Shown here: in pieces, positions 63,896 through 64,000 of the stretch
Layout: the number at the start of each line of letters is the position of its first letter
Numbering within the stretch: position 1 is the first letter of the stretch
From: an uncultured Gammaproteobacteria bacterium
GTDB lineage: Bacteria; Patescibacteriota; Patescibacteriia; Patescibacteriales; UBA12465
NCBI GenBank assembly: GCA_964473565.1
Contig: CAYYPI010000003.1
Span: 1,811 to 65,810, forward strand
DNA: 64,000 nt
Direction of reading: 5' to 3'
Made by a program: the position numbers and the translations under genes
Notes under the pieces: model-generated
The model's database searches: none
What the model was told of the DNA's origin: nothing
The model's input: only the letters and a program-made list of their open reading frames with translations

Positions 63896-64000
63896 TATCT
63901 AAAATTAATTTAATTAAATAATATCAATTTTACTTAATTTGGTAAATATAAAATTTAAATTTGTATTTATGTATAATTCTCTGCTAAAATACTATATAGA

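Noticed and set aside
1-64000. Possibility of an alternative genetic code (UGA as Gly or Trp, as in some CPR lineages and Mollicutes)
   Set aside because: All conserved genes are full length under the standard code, with no in-frame TGA interruptions. TGA also acts as a real stop, for example at lplA 30123-30125, where the product length matches the family.
1-64000. CRISPR arrays, cas genes, restriction-modification, toxin-antitoxin, retron or DGR components, prophage or transposon genes
   Set aside because: No regularly spaced direct repeats, reverse transcriptase, nuclease-methylase pairs, small adjacent TA-like ORF pairs, integrases or transposases were seen. The only methyltransferase (11900-13084) looks like an RNA m2G-type enzyme.

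Overview
AT-rich (about 30% G+C by eye) bacterial chromosomal segment with about 60 tightly packed genes, five tRNAs and almost no accessory DNA. No transposase, integrase, CRISPR array, rRNA or recognisable defence gene is present. The standard genetic code applies: TGA is a genuine stop, for example lplA at 30123-30125. Content is mainly housekeeping. It includes efp and rpsF-ssb-rpsR; six aminoacyl-tRNA synthetase genes (tyrS-argS-glyQS, valS, pheST); topA, pth, der, tsaD, ychF and uvrA. It also carries an RND efflux pair, an ECF sigma factor, and envelope genes (LCP, VanW, a Wzy/O-antigen-ligase-like protein, a ComEC-type MBL domain). The streamlined gene set, many small orphan membrane proteins, the type IV pilus ATPase and the lack of Shine-Dalgarno motifs suggest a Patescibacteria/CPR-like organism. 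That assignment is inference only. Most interesting observations, in order: (1) an ArsR-headed ~8 kb operon (22346-30378) joining LipA, a split LplA and an orphan GcvH-like protein to a CoADR-type flavoprotein, three thioredoxin-fold proteins and a DsbD/CcdA-type membrane protein, a candidate lipoyl-dependent envelope reducing system; (2) a 1009-aa covalent tandem of two complete PilB/GspE ATPase modules; (3) an EamA/DMT transporter fused to a riboflavin kinase domain; (4) a GC-rich orphan structured RNA with its own consensus promoter and terminator (46325-46510); (5) a terminator/antiterminator leader upstream of rpsF; (6) tRNA-Ile with anticodon UAU; (7) a UvrA lacking the UvrB-binding domain; (8) a TRAX-like translin homolog. 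RNA and regulatory coordinates were mapped by hand and may be off by 1-2 nt. No database search or folding program was run.
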